A stretch of DNA of 63,894 bases, the filler included, from Octopus bimaculoides (taxonomy: Eukaryota), in the NCBI RefSeq assembly GCF_001194135.2. It is 6 parts of 6 records of this genome, joined end to end, with 100 filler letters (N's around TTAATTAATTAA, not from the genome) between each part and the next. Parts side by side here need not be neighbours in the genome. Positions count along the whole stretch, not along the records: positions 1 to 18,700 come from NC_068981.1; positions 18,801 to 28,249 come from NC_068989.1; 4 more parts are not named here. One strand, written 5' to 3'. Within the stretch, counting starts at the first letter, position 1, and every line of letters begins with the position of its first letter. The notes under the pieces were generated by a model. That model saw nothing but the letters and a program-made list of their open reading frames with translations. It was not told the origin of the DNA and did no database searches. This document shows positions 13,375-27,200 of this stretch, piece after piece. The translations under genes were made by a program, and so were the position numbers.

Positions 13375-15304
13375 GCTTTTTATTGTTTACTCAGACGACG
13401 ATGGACAGGACCTTTCTTCCTCTGACTAAGGAATTAAAAGAACTTACTCTGAGGACTACAGCCGCTGTTGCTGCTCCTGTCGCACACGCTGACCACAACC
13501 ATTTTTCTAAATCTTCTGGACAGAAAGAGTATATTCATTGAAAGAATCTTCAAATTTTATGATGTTTGTCTTCTACAATTAACCCTATCATTTCGGTCTC
13601 CATTAATTCTAACTACTGAATATGGATTAGCATGAACTAACTTTTCTTCATCAATTAGGGCTTCTATTTTCTGCAGAAAATTCTTATCAAACGTCATCCA
13701 AATAGATTTAGATTCGCCATTGTCGTACGTTTGAGAAAACATTTATATAGAGTGCTTTTTGTTACTGTCACTATAATTGAGCTCATTGAATATAAGGCTT
13801 CCCAAAGAAACAACTCCCATTCTGGGTCTTCATAACTAATTCTAATGTCTTTAGCCATGTGCAATTGTCACTCGTTTGGGTGATTCGTTTGGCTAAGAGT
13901 TTCCCCATAAGTACTATGGCTACGATTTATTACCATGTTTCATAGACAAGTTAAAATTTTAAAAAATATGAACTAAGATTCGCGACCATTCGATATTAAA
14001 TCTAGATTTTCGCTTGTCACAAATATTTGAATTAATAATTTAATTCCTGTAGTGGTAAAAATATCTGGAAAGGCTGTGCAAACATGAAACCTGAGTACTA
14101 TTTGGCAATAGCCAAAATGTACATCTAGTTTGTATATGATTCCCTTGGTCCTGTAGAGTAAGTAGGCAGTCCTTCCAGTTGTTAAGCTTGATAAATTTTG
14201 TTTGAAAAGCTGGCTTAATACGAAGGTTATTTTTCTTTACAAGAAGCAAAACACCCTCTTTACATCGGCACGCTCAAAGGTAAATTTTGGCATTTCACAT
14301 ATTGATAAAACAGACGGACTTCAAAATGGCAAAGATGTTCTTCTTGAATTTGAGAAAGTGAATAAAAAAAGGCAAAACAAATCTTAGTGCAAAAGCACCA
14401 GCAACAGTGTTTTCTCTTCAAGAACGATGCAATATGCTATGAATGTATTCAGGCAGTTCCACTCGTCAATGTAACAGTTTATTATTTTTAACTTTTGATG
14501 AATTTTTGTTTTTAAAAACAAAATTAATATCTTCTTAATATGTTAATAGTTGAAACGGCTCTGTAATTAATTAATGTATTTTTAATACCTTCAATAGTGG
14601 CAGGCTTCAAATTCAATCAAATGATGTTTTGCTCATGATTAGTTAACGTCCTTGAAAAATTAGCTGTAGGACAATTATTGCGCAGTAATATGCCAACCAG
14701 ATATGACCACCTCAGAAGTATTCATTTGCAATACAAATATTTCATATTCATCAACAGTTCAGAATGTAGGCTTATGAATACAACATTTGAGATTACCAAA
14801 ATGACGTTTTTATGACTCAATTAATGAATAATGAGAAATTGATAATATTAGCTTTATTTTATCTTGATAACGTGGGAGCCACCTGGAGCAGTACGAGAAT
14901 ATTTCAGCCGTCTTTGAAGTGATATTTCTTTTATTAAAAGGATCATTCCTTAATGCTTCTAATCTCCTGTTAGAGTTTCATAAGACATTTTGTATTTCAA
15001 AAAATGTTTGCAAGTTATATATATGTATATATATATATATNNNNNNNNNNNNNNNNNNNNNNNNNNNNNNNNNNNNNNNNNNNNNNNNNNNNNNNNNNNN
15101 NNNNNNNNNNNNNNNNNNNNNNNNNNNNNNNNNNNNNNNNNNNNNNNNNNNNNNNNNNNNNNNNNNNNNNNNNNNNNNNNNNNNNNNNNNNNNNNNNNNN
15201 NNNNNNNNNNNNNNNNNNNNNNNNNNNNNNNNNNNNNNNNNNNNNNNNNNNNNNNNNNNNNNNNNNNNNNNACCATTCACTTCTTCCTTATATATGTATG
15301 TATA

Positions 15305-15520
15305 GGGCGGCGAGCTGGTGGAATCGTTTGCACGCCAGGCGAGATGCTTAGGAGTATTTTGTCTGTCTTTACGTTCTAAGTTCAAATTCCACCGAGGTAG
15401 CCTTTGCCTTTCATCATTTTGAGGTCGATAAATCAAGTACCAGTTGCATACTGGGGTCGATCTAATCGATTGGCCCTCTCCCTCAAAATTTCGGGCCTTG
15501 TGGCTAGAGAAGAGAATATT
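15305..15520 (+). mobile_element. SINE family A (MetaSINE-like core)
   Basis: gggcggcgagctggtggaatcg...gcctttcatcattttgaggtcgataaatcaagtaccag; near full length. Confidence 0.85.
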
Positions 15521-15529
15521 ATGTATGTG

Positions 15530-15577
<48 letters not shown>

Positions 15578-16230
15578 AGTATGTGTGTGTGCGTGTGTAC
15601 AAAACGAAACTTCGAAGTCATTGCCAATAATATTCTAGTTTAAGAATAATATATTCGTACTCAACAAAAGTATACAGCAACCCACCACATTCATGTAAAA
15701 TTGTTTTTATTACAGATGAACATAAAAAGAAATGTGTGTGTGTGTGTGTGTGTGTGCGCGCGCTTGCGGGCGCATGTGTGTGTGAGTTATATATACATTT
15801 CTTGTTTGAAGGAAGTAGAGAGACTTTAATAGTCACATATTCTGATTCTCTGTCATAATCCTCTATGAATGCTCCACACACAGCGACATTATCAGTATAT
15901 ACTGATATACGTTGCACTCAGAGTTTTTCCATTACTTTCAAATACCGTGAAAAGTCTATATTTAGTATGTAATAAGACTTAGTAATAAGTTTGTATCAGG
16001 TCCAACCAGTTTAATAATTTATATTTTGAGATATCATTTACCAAATCTGAAATTAAAAACAAGAAATATACGTCCGAAGGAGTAAGTTATTCAACAATTT
16101 GTGAACAATCTTTCACCATTCTTAATCTATCAAGCTTTTACACAACTAAATCCTGGCTACGTCTAGAAAAACCTCCGACTCTTGTTATCACCTCTTCCTT
16201 TAGACTATTGGTTATTACCACCGAAGAAGT

Positions 16231-16276
16231 GGAGGCACAATGGCCCAGTGGTTAGGGCAGTGGACTCGCAGTCATA
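16231..16276 (+). mobile_element. tRNA-derived SINE head, cut by a gap
   Basis: ggaggcacaatggcccagtggttagggcagtggactcgcagtcat with an A-box TGGCCCAGTGG. Confidence 0.6.
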
Positions 16277-16376
16277 NNNNNNNNNNNNNNNNNNNNNNNN
16301 NNNNNNNNNNNNNNNNNNNNNNNNNNNNNNNNNNNNNNNNNNNNNNNNNNNNNNNNNNNNNNNNNNNNNNNNNNNN

Positions 16377-16410
<34 letters not shown>

Positions 16411-17157
16411 TGCACACAAATATGATTTAACGCAGACACAGACTCCAGTTTATTAACGAAATCATTAACTTAATAACTTGATGTAATATGCTCATACATG
16501 CTTCCAGCAATATAGATTATTACTAAACGTTTCTTAACTTCCCCTATCGTTCTGATTTTTCGGAATATATTTTGAAAAAGTGTAGAACTCTGCTTGAGTA
16601 CTAGCAAACGATTTTAGTTGCAAAGATTTGTCTAATCATTTCATATTAGCTAAGTTTAGCTATGCCAATGCATTTATATCTCCTTGTTTCTTGCTGTTTC
16701 ACTTTTCTACGCAAGACACGCCGTCGGCTGACAGTGTGAAAACAAACAAAATAACCGACATGATAAAACTTTATTGTTTGCTCTATATAACTTTCCTTAA
16801 AGATAGCAAAGTCGTTAGTGCGTTGGACAAAATGCTTTGTGGTATTTCTTTTGAATGTTTGCTTTCTAAGTACAAATCACGCCAAGATGAATTTTAATTT
16901 TATTCCTCCAGTGCCAATATAATGATGCACCAGTCATGTACTGGATTGATAGCATTGACTAATTGTCGCCACTGAAAATTGTTGGCCTTGCTCTTATGTA
17001 AGAAACAATATCACTTGCCTTAAAGATGTTCCATTTTTTGAATGGGAGCAATACAACGGTTATAGCCAAAATAACAGCATTAGCTGTTGTAAGAATATTT
17101 TAATGAAAACAATAGTAAAGACATCTCACATGAAGCCAGAGTGAGAGAAAGAGGGGG

Positions 17158-17232
<75 letters not shown>

Positions 17233-17233
17233 G

Positions 17234-17277
<44 letters not shown>

Positions 17278-17831
17278 TAAAACATCCAGCCTGATGTCAT
17301 TTGAACACTCAGTTATAATCCAAGCTGTGGCTAATCTCAAGTGTGGTGGTTAAAATGTATGACCAAATTTAAGGCCTAGTATTCTTTATTCGAAATACAA
17401 ATCTAGGGTCATTATAGGGTCAACATCATAGCAGTTTTAATAGTCAGATTTTCTTCTCAAATTCTTTACATGCAAAAACTATAGCCACTGACCAAATATA
17501 ATGCTCGCTAAACCTAAATATCCTTTATTCTCTTCAGAACATGCCAGTGGGTACACCTTAAATGAAGGTGTATACTAATTACCAGATGAACGTAACTAGG
17601 TGCAAATGCAATTTGTGACATGTCTATGCAGCAGAAACGAGCGTCGGACACATTTAAATGAAATAGGCTGCATGTTTGACTGTAGAGATAAAAATATGTA
17701 GATTTCCGTATTTATTTTAATTGTGTTATGCTCACACACGCGCGCGCGTGCATAGACACACACATACATATGTGTGTGCGTGTGTGTGTGTGTAAAATAT
17801 TAAAGTTTTGAAAGTGAGCTAAATTTATATA

Positions 17832-18187
17832 CAGGGTGCAGCGAATAAATTGTCGTCTAACTTGCGCAAAAATGAAAATAACACCGATATCTCATTTTAA
17901 CAGATATATTTACCAAAATTACATAAAAATATTTTGAAAGCGTAAATTCATTCAATAAAATCGCCATTAACTTCAACCACGTCCTCCAGACAACTTCGGA
18001 ATCTCCTGCAACTCTTCTGGATGGTCTCCTTGTTTTAGTTGGTGAAAGCTGCCATAATTCCTGGCTTCAGATCATTTTAGTTTTGTTGGTTTCTAGCTCA
18101 ACTGCGCTCCACACATAATAATCAAGTAAGTTGCAGTCTGGGGAGTTAGGCGACTAGATGTTAGGGGTAACGTTCTCGCAGAAATTA
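17832..18187 (-). mobile_element. maT (DD37D-like) transposon 3' fragment with TIR
   Basis: Minus strand reads SPNSPDCNLLDYYVWSAVE...CRRFRSCLEDVVEVNGDFIE*; TA then cagggtgcagcgaataaattgtcg terminus. Family assigned from the motif; the DD spacing is not visible. Confidence 0.8.
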
Positions 18188-18396
18188 ACCGATAATTAAT
18201 CCGTTATAATATCTCAGAATGAATCGATGAAGGGCAGTTTACTGTTGTTCAGTAACTCACAATTCTAATGGATACCAAAACTACCCAAAGATGAATGGAA
18301 CTTGTTGAGTAATCAACATGTTACGGCTCGCTTTTTATTCGGTAGCCTAATGAGTTGAGAGTTGTGTAATATATTACGTATGTTATGGATGCTGTG

Positions 18397-18524
18397 CATC
18401 CACATGGTTCCGGGTTCAGTCCCACTGCGTGGCACATTGGGCAAGTGTCTTCTACTATAGCCTCGGGCTGAACAAGGCCTTGTGAGTGGATTTGGTAGAC
18501 GGAAACTGAAAGAAGCCCGTCGTA

Positions 18525-18577
<53 letters not shown>

Positions 18578-18700
18578 TTGTGTGTCTGTGTTTGTCCCTA
18601 CAACATCGCTTGACAACCGATGCTGGTGTGTTTACGTCTCCGTAACATAGCAGTTCGGCATAAGAGACCGATAGAATTAGTGCTAGGCTTACAAAGAATA
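18397..18700 (+). mobile_element. SINE family B with internal (TA)n(TG)n
   Basis: cacatggttccgggttcagtcccactgcgtggcac...gtgagtggatttggtagacggaaactgaaagaagcccgtcg...gagaccgatagaat. At least 10 copies in the window. Confidence 0.85.
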
Positions 18701-19764
18701 NNNNNNNNNNNNNNNNNNNNNNNNNNNNNNNNNNNNNNNNNNNNTTAATTAATTAANNNNNNNNNNNNNNNNNNNNNNNNNNNNNNNNNNNNNNNNNNNN
18801 ATATATATATATATATATATAAGATATACAAACATATATATGAATATAGAATATGAGAAGTTTTCGTCAGGATAACTCAAACTAATAGGTGTGCGCTCTG
18901 ATTGCTCTAATAGGTGTGCCACCAACATTCCAGCTAGAACAGCAGTTGAAGTTGTGGTTATGTGATTGTCGTCTTCAAAAAAGACTATAGGTAGCATCCA
19001 TTTGAATCGGTAGGTATAGGTTGAAGTAGTGAGGAAAGGCAAACAATTAGACAATGCAAGACAAGGATATTTAATTTCATTTTATTCAATCTAAAATTTA
19101 GCTACATAACAAATGGTAAAAATAGTACAAAATGGTAAAGATAGTCTCTGACTGCTGTTTCTGAGATATCCCAGCTAATGAAGCATCGTATTGAGAGAAG
19201 ACGTTGGCTACACCGTCATCGGAGAATATATAGGCTAGAGAGTGGAAGAAAGTTCTTCATCAATGATATATGTTGCGATTCGTTATGTCCAGGAGGGTAG
19301 AAGGGTCCAATTAAATTCAGTTAGATTTAGGTAAATCCATGATTAGAAAGAATGGTTAAGTGGTACAGCATGGTAAGAAGAGAGAGAGAGAATTGTTATG
19401 CAGTGCTCTATATTGAAGGAAAATGAAAATGAATGCTAGTAGATCCAAAGTTGTGCATGGAAATAAGATACATTCTTGTGAGAGAAAAAGTAGATAGGTA
19501 AAAGATATGTATTAGACATATATTGTTCAGATTAATAGGTATTCATTCCAGCAGGAGAATGAACGCTGGCAGTTCCAAAGTGGCGTGAATATTGAGAGGA
19601 GAAATAAATAATACATTCTAGTTTGAGAAAGATAGGTAAAAACATTGGATTAAACGTAGATATATATATACTGCTCAGTATATCAAAGGGTATTCAGTTC
19701 TGAGAGAAGGTGAAGGAATACACTCTGGTATGAGAAAAATAGGTAGATAAATAGATAAGGGTAT

Positions 19765-19846
19765 TTGCCAAATACACCAACACCGGTTGTCAAGCGATGG
19801 CAGAGGGGAGACAAACACCGACATACACACACAAAAATATATACAT

Positions 19847-19888
<42 letters not shown>

Positions 19889-20042
19889 TATGGGCTTCTT
19901 TCAGTTTCCATTTACCAAATCCACTCACGAGGTTTTGGTCGGCCCGAGGCTATAATAGAAAACACTGGCCCAAGGTACCGCGCAATGGGATTGAACCCGG
20001 AACTATGTGGTTGAGAAGCAACCACACAGCAACTCATGCGCC
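19765..20042 (-). mobile_element. SINE family B
   Basis: Reverse-complement match to the 18397-18700 copy. Confidence 0.8.
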
Positions 20043-20191
20043 TATGTAACTATGTAGCTAAATTTTAAATTGAATTAAGTGAAATTAAATGTCCTTGTCC
20101 TGCATTGCTTAATTGTTTGCCTTTCTTCACTACTTTATATATGTGAAGATATATGCGAGCGCGCGTGTGTGTGTTTGCATGTATATATATA

Positions 20192-21250
20192 CGAGGGTCG
20201 GCTGAAAAGTTCGTAGGTTGACCAAGATACTCTCATAGAACGTGACCAAACTAGGTTTATCTTTCAATATTGTACCTCTTGCGGTCTACTCGCTTCTTCC
20301 ATAAGTGTTGCAGTACCTGGATCCCATTGATAAAGAAGCTTTCATCCTGGTGGTCAAAAAAATCATCAACAACAGATATGACGTCATCACTGCGATACTG
20401 GTTCCCAACCAAGTTATTTCATGCTGGGGAACAGATGATTGCCAGATGAGACCTAATCAGAAAAATAGGAACACTAATCAACCAATTCAAAGCCAAAGTT
20501 ACGCACAGCCGTCATTGAAACCAAGGACTTGTGTGCCGGAGGATGGTACTGATGAAACAAGACCCCTTTCGTCAGTTTTCCTGAATGTTTGGTTTTGATA
20601 ACCTTTTGTAACTGCCTCAGTAAGTTGGCTTAGTTCTCTCCATTGACGAAGTGGCACTTCCGATGGTAGTCAATAAACACAATGCCTTTTTCATCCCAAG
20701 AAACTGACGCCATCACTATTCCTGCACCTGAAACGACCTTGGGCTAGAAAACGTTCACGGAAACAAGTTGGATCTTCTTGAAACAGTGTTAGATTTTCCC
20801 GTGATGTGATCTACCTGGTGCGACTCTGATCAGGTGTCAGAAGACACGCCACCCACCGAGCTGAAACCTTCGTCAGGCCAAGTTCATTGCGCAGAATATT
20901 CTCAGCTCTCTCATGGGATATTCTAATAGCATTGCTTATTTGATTTATAATCAGTCGCTTGTCATCCATCGCTAGGTGGTGTTCATGACAAATGTTTTCC
21001 TCGGTAGTAGCAGTTGCAGGACATCAAGACCTTGGTTCATCTTGAAGACTCTCCATTCCTCTCCTAAATTCACCTGCCCACTTTTGCTATAATGTAGCAG
21101 CCTTGTATGAAGGTCCTTGGGGGCTAAAGCCTTTTTCTGCAGGAACTTGATAACACCACAAATTTTGTCGATTTTCAAGAGTCGCAACTAGTTACTTTTG
21201 CGACTTTCTTTGAGCAGTCAGATGTCAGTTTACCAAGAAAGAAACAATGC
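20192..21250 (-). mobile_element. Mariner (irritans/Hsmar2-like) transposon, internally deleted
   Basis: TA then cgagggtcggctgaaaagttc TIR. Minus strand reads KIDKICGVIKFLQKK, KVSARWVARLLTPDQ, GIVFIDY and GVLFHQYHPPAH, with stops and frameshifts. Confidence 0.85.
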
Positions 21251-21382
21251 AGTTATTAATAAGAAAGCGTGGAGGCAAACAATAACACTGAGTATACACG
21301 TGTCATACAGCTGCAGTCGATTGGTTGTAAACTACAGCAGTAAACGTGTCTTGCAAAAAGTTTAAAGGGGCAGTGACAGTAA

Positions 21383-21585
21383 TAATCCTTTTTTACTATA
21401 GGCACAAGGCCTGAAATTTGGGGGAGGGGATAGTCGATTACAAAGACCCCAGTACACAATTGGTACTGATTTTATCGACCCCGAAAGAATGAAAGGTAAA
21501 GTCGGCCTCGGCGGTATTTGAAGTCAGGCCGTAAAGATAGCCGAAATGCCGGCGCGGTAACGATTCCACCAGCTCACCGCCTTAG
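21383..21585 (-). mobile_element. SINE family A
   Basis: Reverse complement of the family A head and core (ttttatcgaccccgaaagaatgaaaggtaaagtcgg...ccagctcaccgcc). Confidence 0.82.
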
Positions 21586-22351
21586 CAGTGACAGTAATAA
21601 TAACCTCGATAATTGTTAATGTTGACGCCGAGACGATGATAATGATGATGATGCTACATAGAGACACACGTATACACATAAACACCCATACAGACACATG
21701 CATATTCACACAAATACAAGTACACACTATCGCGTGCAAAATGAATAAATAGATAAATAAATACACCTTAAAGATAGAGAGCTACAAGGAGAAGCAAAGT
21801 GAGAAGGAAAGAGACAAAGAAAAGAAAATATAGCAAAAAAGAGAGAGGGTTAGGGAAGATAGAGATACTTAAAAAAGGGTGAGGTTAATAGTCAATCTTT
21901 TAAATAAAGTACTGAAAACAGGTAAACACACCTGTTTTCTAATTTTGGGAAATAAAGTAGAAAATAAATAAAAATGCAAGCATGCAAGAATATAATTGGT
22001 GAGACCTACCCTAGAAATACATATGCGCCTAGTCATACATGCACTGTAGGTTGGCACACATTTTCTACCTGCCCAGCTTATTTAATTCCTTGCCACAGGT
22101 TTATTTAATTTTTGGTGGTGGGGTGTCTGAAAAGAAAAATGGCTTGATCAAAGGTGGAATTCTATTGAGCCGGAGCAATCCAACAGCGTATAACATATGA
22201 ACAAGAAATAACAGGATTAATTTTATTAAAGAAAAAGAAATGATTCGATTACATTTTTAACCACTCATCCAGTGAATCTCAGTACTGGCCTGTTCCAATT
22301 TTAGATTCTAAATCAACGATTTGCTGTCACTAATTCTTTTGTATCTAAACG

Positions 22352-22431
<80 letters not shown>

Positions 22432-23516
22432 GCTCTCTCTCTACTATCAATAAGCTATACGACCACTTCACTTATGTTTCTTAGTCTTTTAGAATGAATA
22501 CATTTGAGATAAATCGATGCTATTATCACTTGTCCTATGACCAGTGAACCGCGTTAATAACGTTAGCCAATAAAGGAAACGCCATCCATTGTAAGCTCTT
22601 GTACAGTAAACAAGTAACAAGAAACACAATTTCAATATTAAATAATCTTTCAAACGCTTACTTTTAAGTTACTCAAGTCGTTACGAATTTTTGTTTTGTA
22701 GCTATTATAGTTTTGGGTTTTTTTATATAATCTGTAACTAAAAACAAATCATTTCTCAGCGACAATGAAAAGAATTGCGAACTTCGGTTAAATTATTTTG
22801 CTGAAGGTTTCATTCGGAATAATTCCATTTAGAGAATACACAAAACAAATTTTATTCTGAAATTGCTTCAGGTTAGCTCTTTATGTTAAATCAACATCCC
22901 AGAATGTTCACACACATTTACAACATACACAAATGTCTGTCTCTGTTTCTCTATGTTTATCACTTTTACATGTATAAAAACAAAAATCAGATTTGCTTGC
23001 AATTCTTTGTACTTTTTTAATTACTTTTACATGAGAACGTACGGAGAAAGATAAACTGATGGACAGACAGATAGGTAAACAAACAAATAGGTAGAGAGAT
23101 ACAGAGAGAAAGAGATTAACAAACAAATCTGTAGTAGCAAGAACTCTCTAGGCACGAGAATTCATATGATTCGTTAACGTCTTAGTGATTTAGAAATTCT
23201 TTTAACTAGTGGAACCCATGGTAATTCCACAGAACGAAAAAGATTAAGAGAAGCTATTTAAGAAAGAAAGGATTATTTGCATTTTAATTTATATTTTGCT
23301 AAGTTATTCCACTTCTAGTCACAATAATATATTATATGATTTTAAAATTTCCCTCTGCTAAGCACATTTTATTTATCTCTTTCTTTCTACTTCTTCAGCA
23401 AACATTTTAACCATGGAATTTCCCTCTTCCTGACTTAGATATTTCTCTCTCTCTCTCTTCACCTCTCACTCCCACTAATCATATGCGTGACAGCATAATG
23501 CCTTAGCTGGCTATCT

Positions 23517-23564
<48 letters not shown>

Positions 23565-23640
23565 TCACTTTCACATTCCCTCTTCCTCTCTCTCACTCCA
23601 CCTCCTCCTTTTTCCTAGCAAACTATAATATTCTTCTACG

Positions 23641-23768
23641 AAGAATAATATTATAGAAGAATAATATTATAGAAGAATAATATTATAGAAGAATAATATT
23701 ATAGAAGAATAATATTATAGAAGAATAATATTATAGAAGAATAATATTATAGAAGAATAATATTATAG
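23641..23768. repeat. 16-bp minisatellite (aagaataatattatag)x8, running into a gap
   Basis: Eight exact copies counted directly. Confidence 0.95.
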
Positions 23769-24052
23769 NNNNNNNNNNNNNNNNNNNNNNNNNNNNNNNN
23801 NNNNNNNNNNNNNNNNNNNNNNNNNNNNNNNNNNNNNNNNNNNNNNNNNNNNNNNNNNNNNNNNNNNNNNNNNNNNNNNNNNNNNNNNNNNNNNNNNNNN
23901 NNNNNNNNNNNNNNNNNNNNNNNNNNNNNNNNNNNNNNNNNNNNNNNNNNNNNNNNNNNNNNNNNNNNNNNNNNNNNNNNNNNNNNNNNNNNNNNNNNNN
24001 NNNNNNNNNNNNNNNNNNNNNNNNNNNNNNNNNNNNNNNNNNNNNNNNNNNN

Positions 24053-24111
<59 letters not shown>

Positions 24112-24244
24112 GTAACTGCCTCCCCTGTCCATCTCTATCTGCCTTTCTTCAACCTCACCACCAGAACATTCCCCTTTGCTGAATATTATATCCTAAACAT
24201 ATCTCTGTTTTTTTTATTTCCATCTCCACCCTACCACACGTCGT

Positions 24245-25751
24245 TAATTTCTTACTGAAATATTGAAACTTACCAAACATATATTCAAATCCAGAAGGAC
24301 ACCACCGGCTAACAAGCACCTAGATAGCTTCGAAAATAAACTATGGAGTACCATTAAAAACATCAAGTTTAAAAACCACCCTCTCAGACACAATCCGCAC
24401 CAAAGAAAATTGAAAGAACTTATAAGATTCTTGGATACCAAAAATGGTATTTTAACACATTCAGACAAAACTAGAAACATATATAATATTGACCCCCAAC
24501 ATATACCACGAATTCATACATAGAGAAGTAACAAAGATATAAGATAGTACCCAATAGCACACTAAAGAAGATGAACCTTGAAGCCAGAATTATAATGATA
24601 GATTTTAATTTAGGTGAAAACAGAACCTTTTACACCAATTAGACCCCGCATAACAATTAAGGACCACAAAGAAAACTTCTCTAGTAACACACAGTTTAGA
24701 TTAATATGCACCAACAAATCTGACATAGTAAAGTAATCTTAGATAAATATCTGCCAACACTCAAAAATAAAGTCAAATTAGAACTATGAAAAACACACAC
24801 AAGATGCACTGGATTGGTTCTCCAATATACACACAGGAAATAGATTTAACCAAAAGTTCTTACAAATAGATATACAGAACTATTATGCATCTATAAACCC
24901 TGTTGTCCTTTATAGCGCTCTCACTTTTGCCAGGAGATATACTAACCTAAGTATGAGGGGGATAAACGTGATACTCACTGCCCGTAAGGCTTTTATTTAA
25001 TTTGATAACAAATTATGATATCACGATGGGATCGTCGGACTCGGCGGAAGCGAGTATAGACCTGGTAGGTCTATACATCCTGGATAATATAAGTAAAGAA
25101 TTCCTTGAATTAACCGGAGGCCTATATAGGGATGATGCACTATTCTTAGTTAAGAACGTTTCAAACAGACGCCTAGAACTGCTAAAAAGAGGTTACATAA
25201 ATTCTTTAATAGGTTTGGCCTACCCATAACCATAGAAAATGAAAACTATTCTATAAACTATTTAGATGCAAATTGTAACTTAAATACCGGACTCCTTGAG
25301 CATTATACTAAAGAAAACTCTACACTAAACCACTCTAGTAACCATCCCTTACAAATAAAAAAAAGCCCTGTTACTAAATATAAGTAAAAGAATTTCAAAT
25401 CTATCCTCTAATGAAGAATTTTTTAGTAAACACAAGGGGTATAAATGCGGGATATAAATGCAAAATTAAATATCTTCCAAGAAATTTTAACTATAGTAGC
25501 CAGAATAGAGCAACTACATCCAGCCCCAATAATTTGGACGAATGTAACACAACCAAAGACAAAGATAAATATAGGTATAATAATAGAAATATCAGGAATA
25601 CGACAAAAAGACCCATAAAAAATAATAATAACCATAATTACAACAATAACAACAACAACAACAACCAAAACAACAACCACAACAACAACAATAAAATAAT
25701 AATAATAATAATAATGGTGATAATAATAATGATACAATGGTTAGTAATAAC

Positions 25752-25821
<70 letters not shown>

Positions 25822-25824
25822 GTA

Positions 25825-25908
<84 letters not shown>

Positions 25909-26231
25909 TTAAATATAAAAGCAAAAATAGGAATGATAACAGAAAAATTACCCATGATGTATAAAACCCTAATAAGAAGATTAATGAAATTGATACCCTG
26001 TGGCTGATCATCCCTTTCGCTACGCAAATTAAGAATAACATAGTAAAAACAATATTTAGATTAATTACAAAAGAAAATAGTAAATATTGGGAGCTAAGTA
26101 ATAACAAAACAATAAGAATAGGATATAGTCTAACACATAACCCAGCAACAATCATATCCTCAATTAACAATAGAAAACTGGACACCTATCTAAGTTGAAA
26201 AAATAACAAAAATGATACATACACAAGTAAT

Positions 26232-26321
<90 letters not shown>

Positions 26322-27119
26322 CCCAGCAATGGTTGAGAAGCTCAGGACTCAAAGCAGAGACTGAAGGATTTTTAATTGCTGCACAAGACCAAAGCCTCCC
26401 CACCAGAAATTACCAAAATCATATAATGAAAAGAAACATAACAAGTAACTGTAGAATATGTGGTGATGGACAAGAAACAATAAATCATATTATCTCTGGC
26501 TGCCCAGTCCTGGCTNNNNNNNNNNNNNNNNNNNNNNNNNNNNNNNNNNNNNNNNNNNNNNNNNNNNNNNNNNNNNNNNNNNNNNNNNNNNNNNNNNNNN
26601 NNNNNNNNNNNNNNNNNNNNNNNNNNNNNNNNNNNNNNNNNNNNNNNNNNNNNNNNNNNNNNNNNNNNNNNNNNNNNNNNNNNNNNNNNNNNNNNNNNNN
26701 NNNNNNNNNNNNNNNNNNNNNNNNNNNNNNNNNNNNNNNNNNNNNNNNNNNNNNNNNNNNNNNNNNNNNNNNNNNNNNNNNNNNNNNNNNNNNNNNNNNN
26801 NNNNNNNNNNNNNNNNNNNNNNNNNNNNAGAGGTAACTCGTATGTGGAATCTAAAAACAGAAACAATTCCTATCATAGTAGGTGCCTTAGATATAATTAA
26901 AAAATATTCAGACAAATACATAACAAAAACACCAGGACTTACAAATATATATAACATACAGAAAATTGCACTACTGGGCACTGCACACATCCTACGCAAA
27001 ACACTTTCAATACAGTAACCATAAGAGCATCACAGCAAACCACAGCACATACTCAAGGCACACAGAGCTGCGCTCAGTAGTGAAGTGAAAGCACGTTATA
27101 AAAATAAAACTACTGAACA

Positions 27120-27200
<81 letters not shown>

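Noticed and set aside
13557-14387. Protein-looking short ORFs (61-69 aa)
   Set aside because: No recognisable motif or consistent splice signals.
16231-16276. tRNA-like sequence here and in SINE heads elsewhere
   Set aside because: No complete cloverleaf; these are SINE promoter regions.
23641-23768. Regular repeat array as a possible CRISPR
   Set aside because: No spacers, eukaryotic context, no cas genes.
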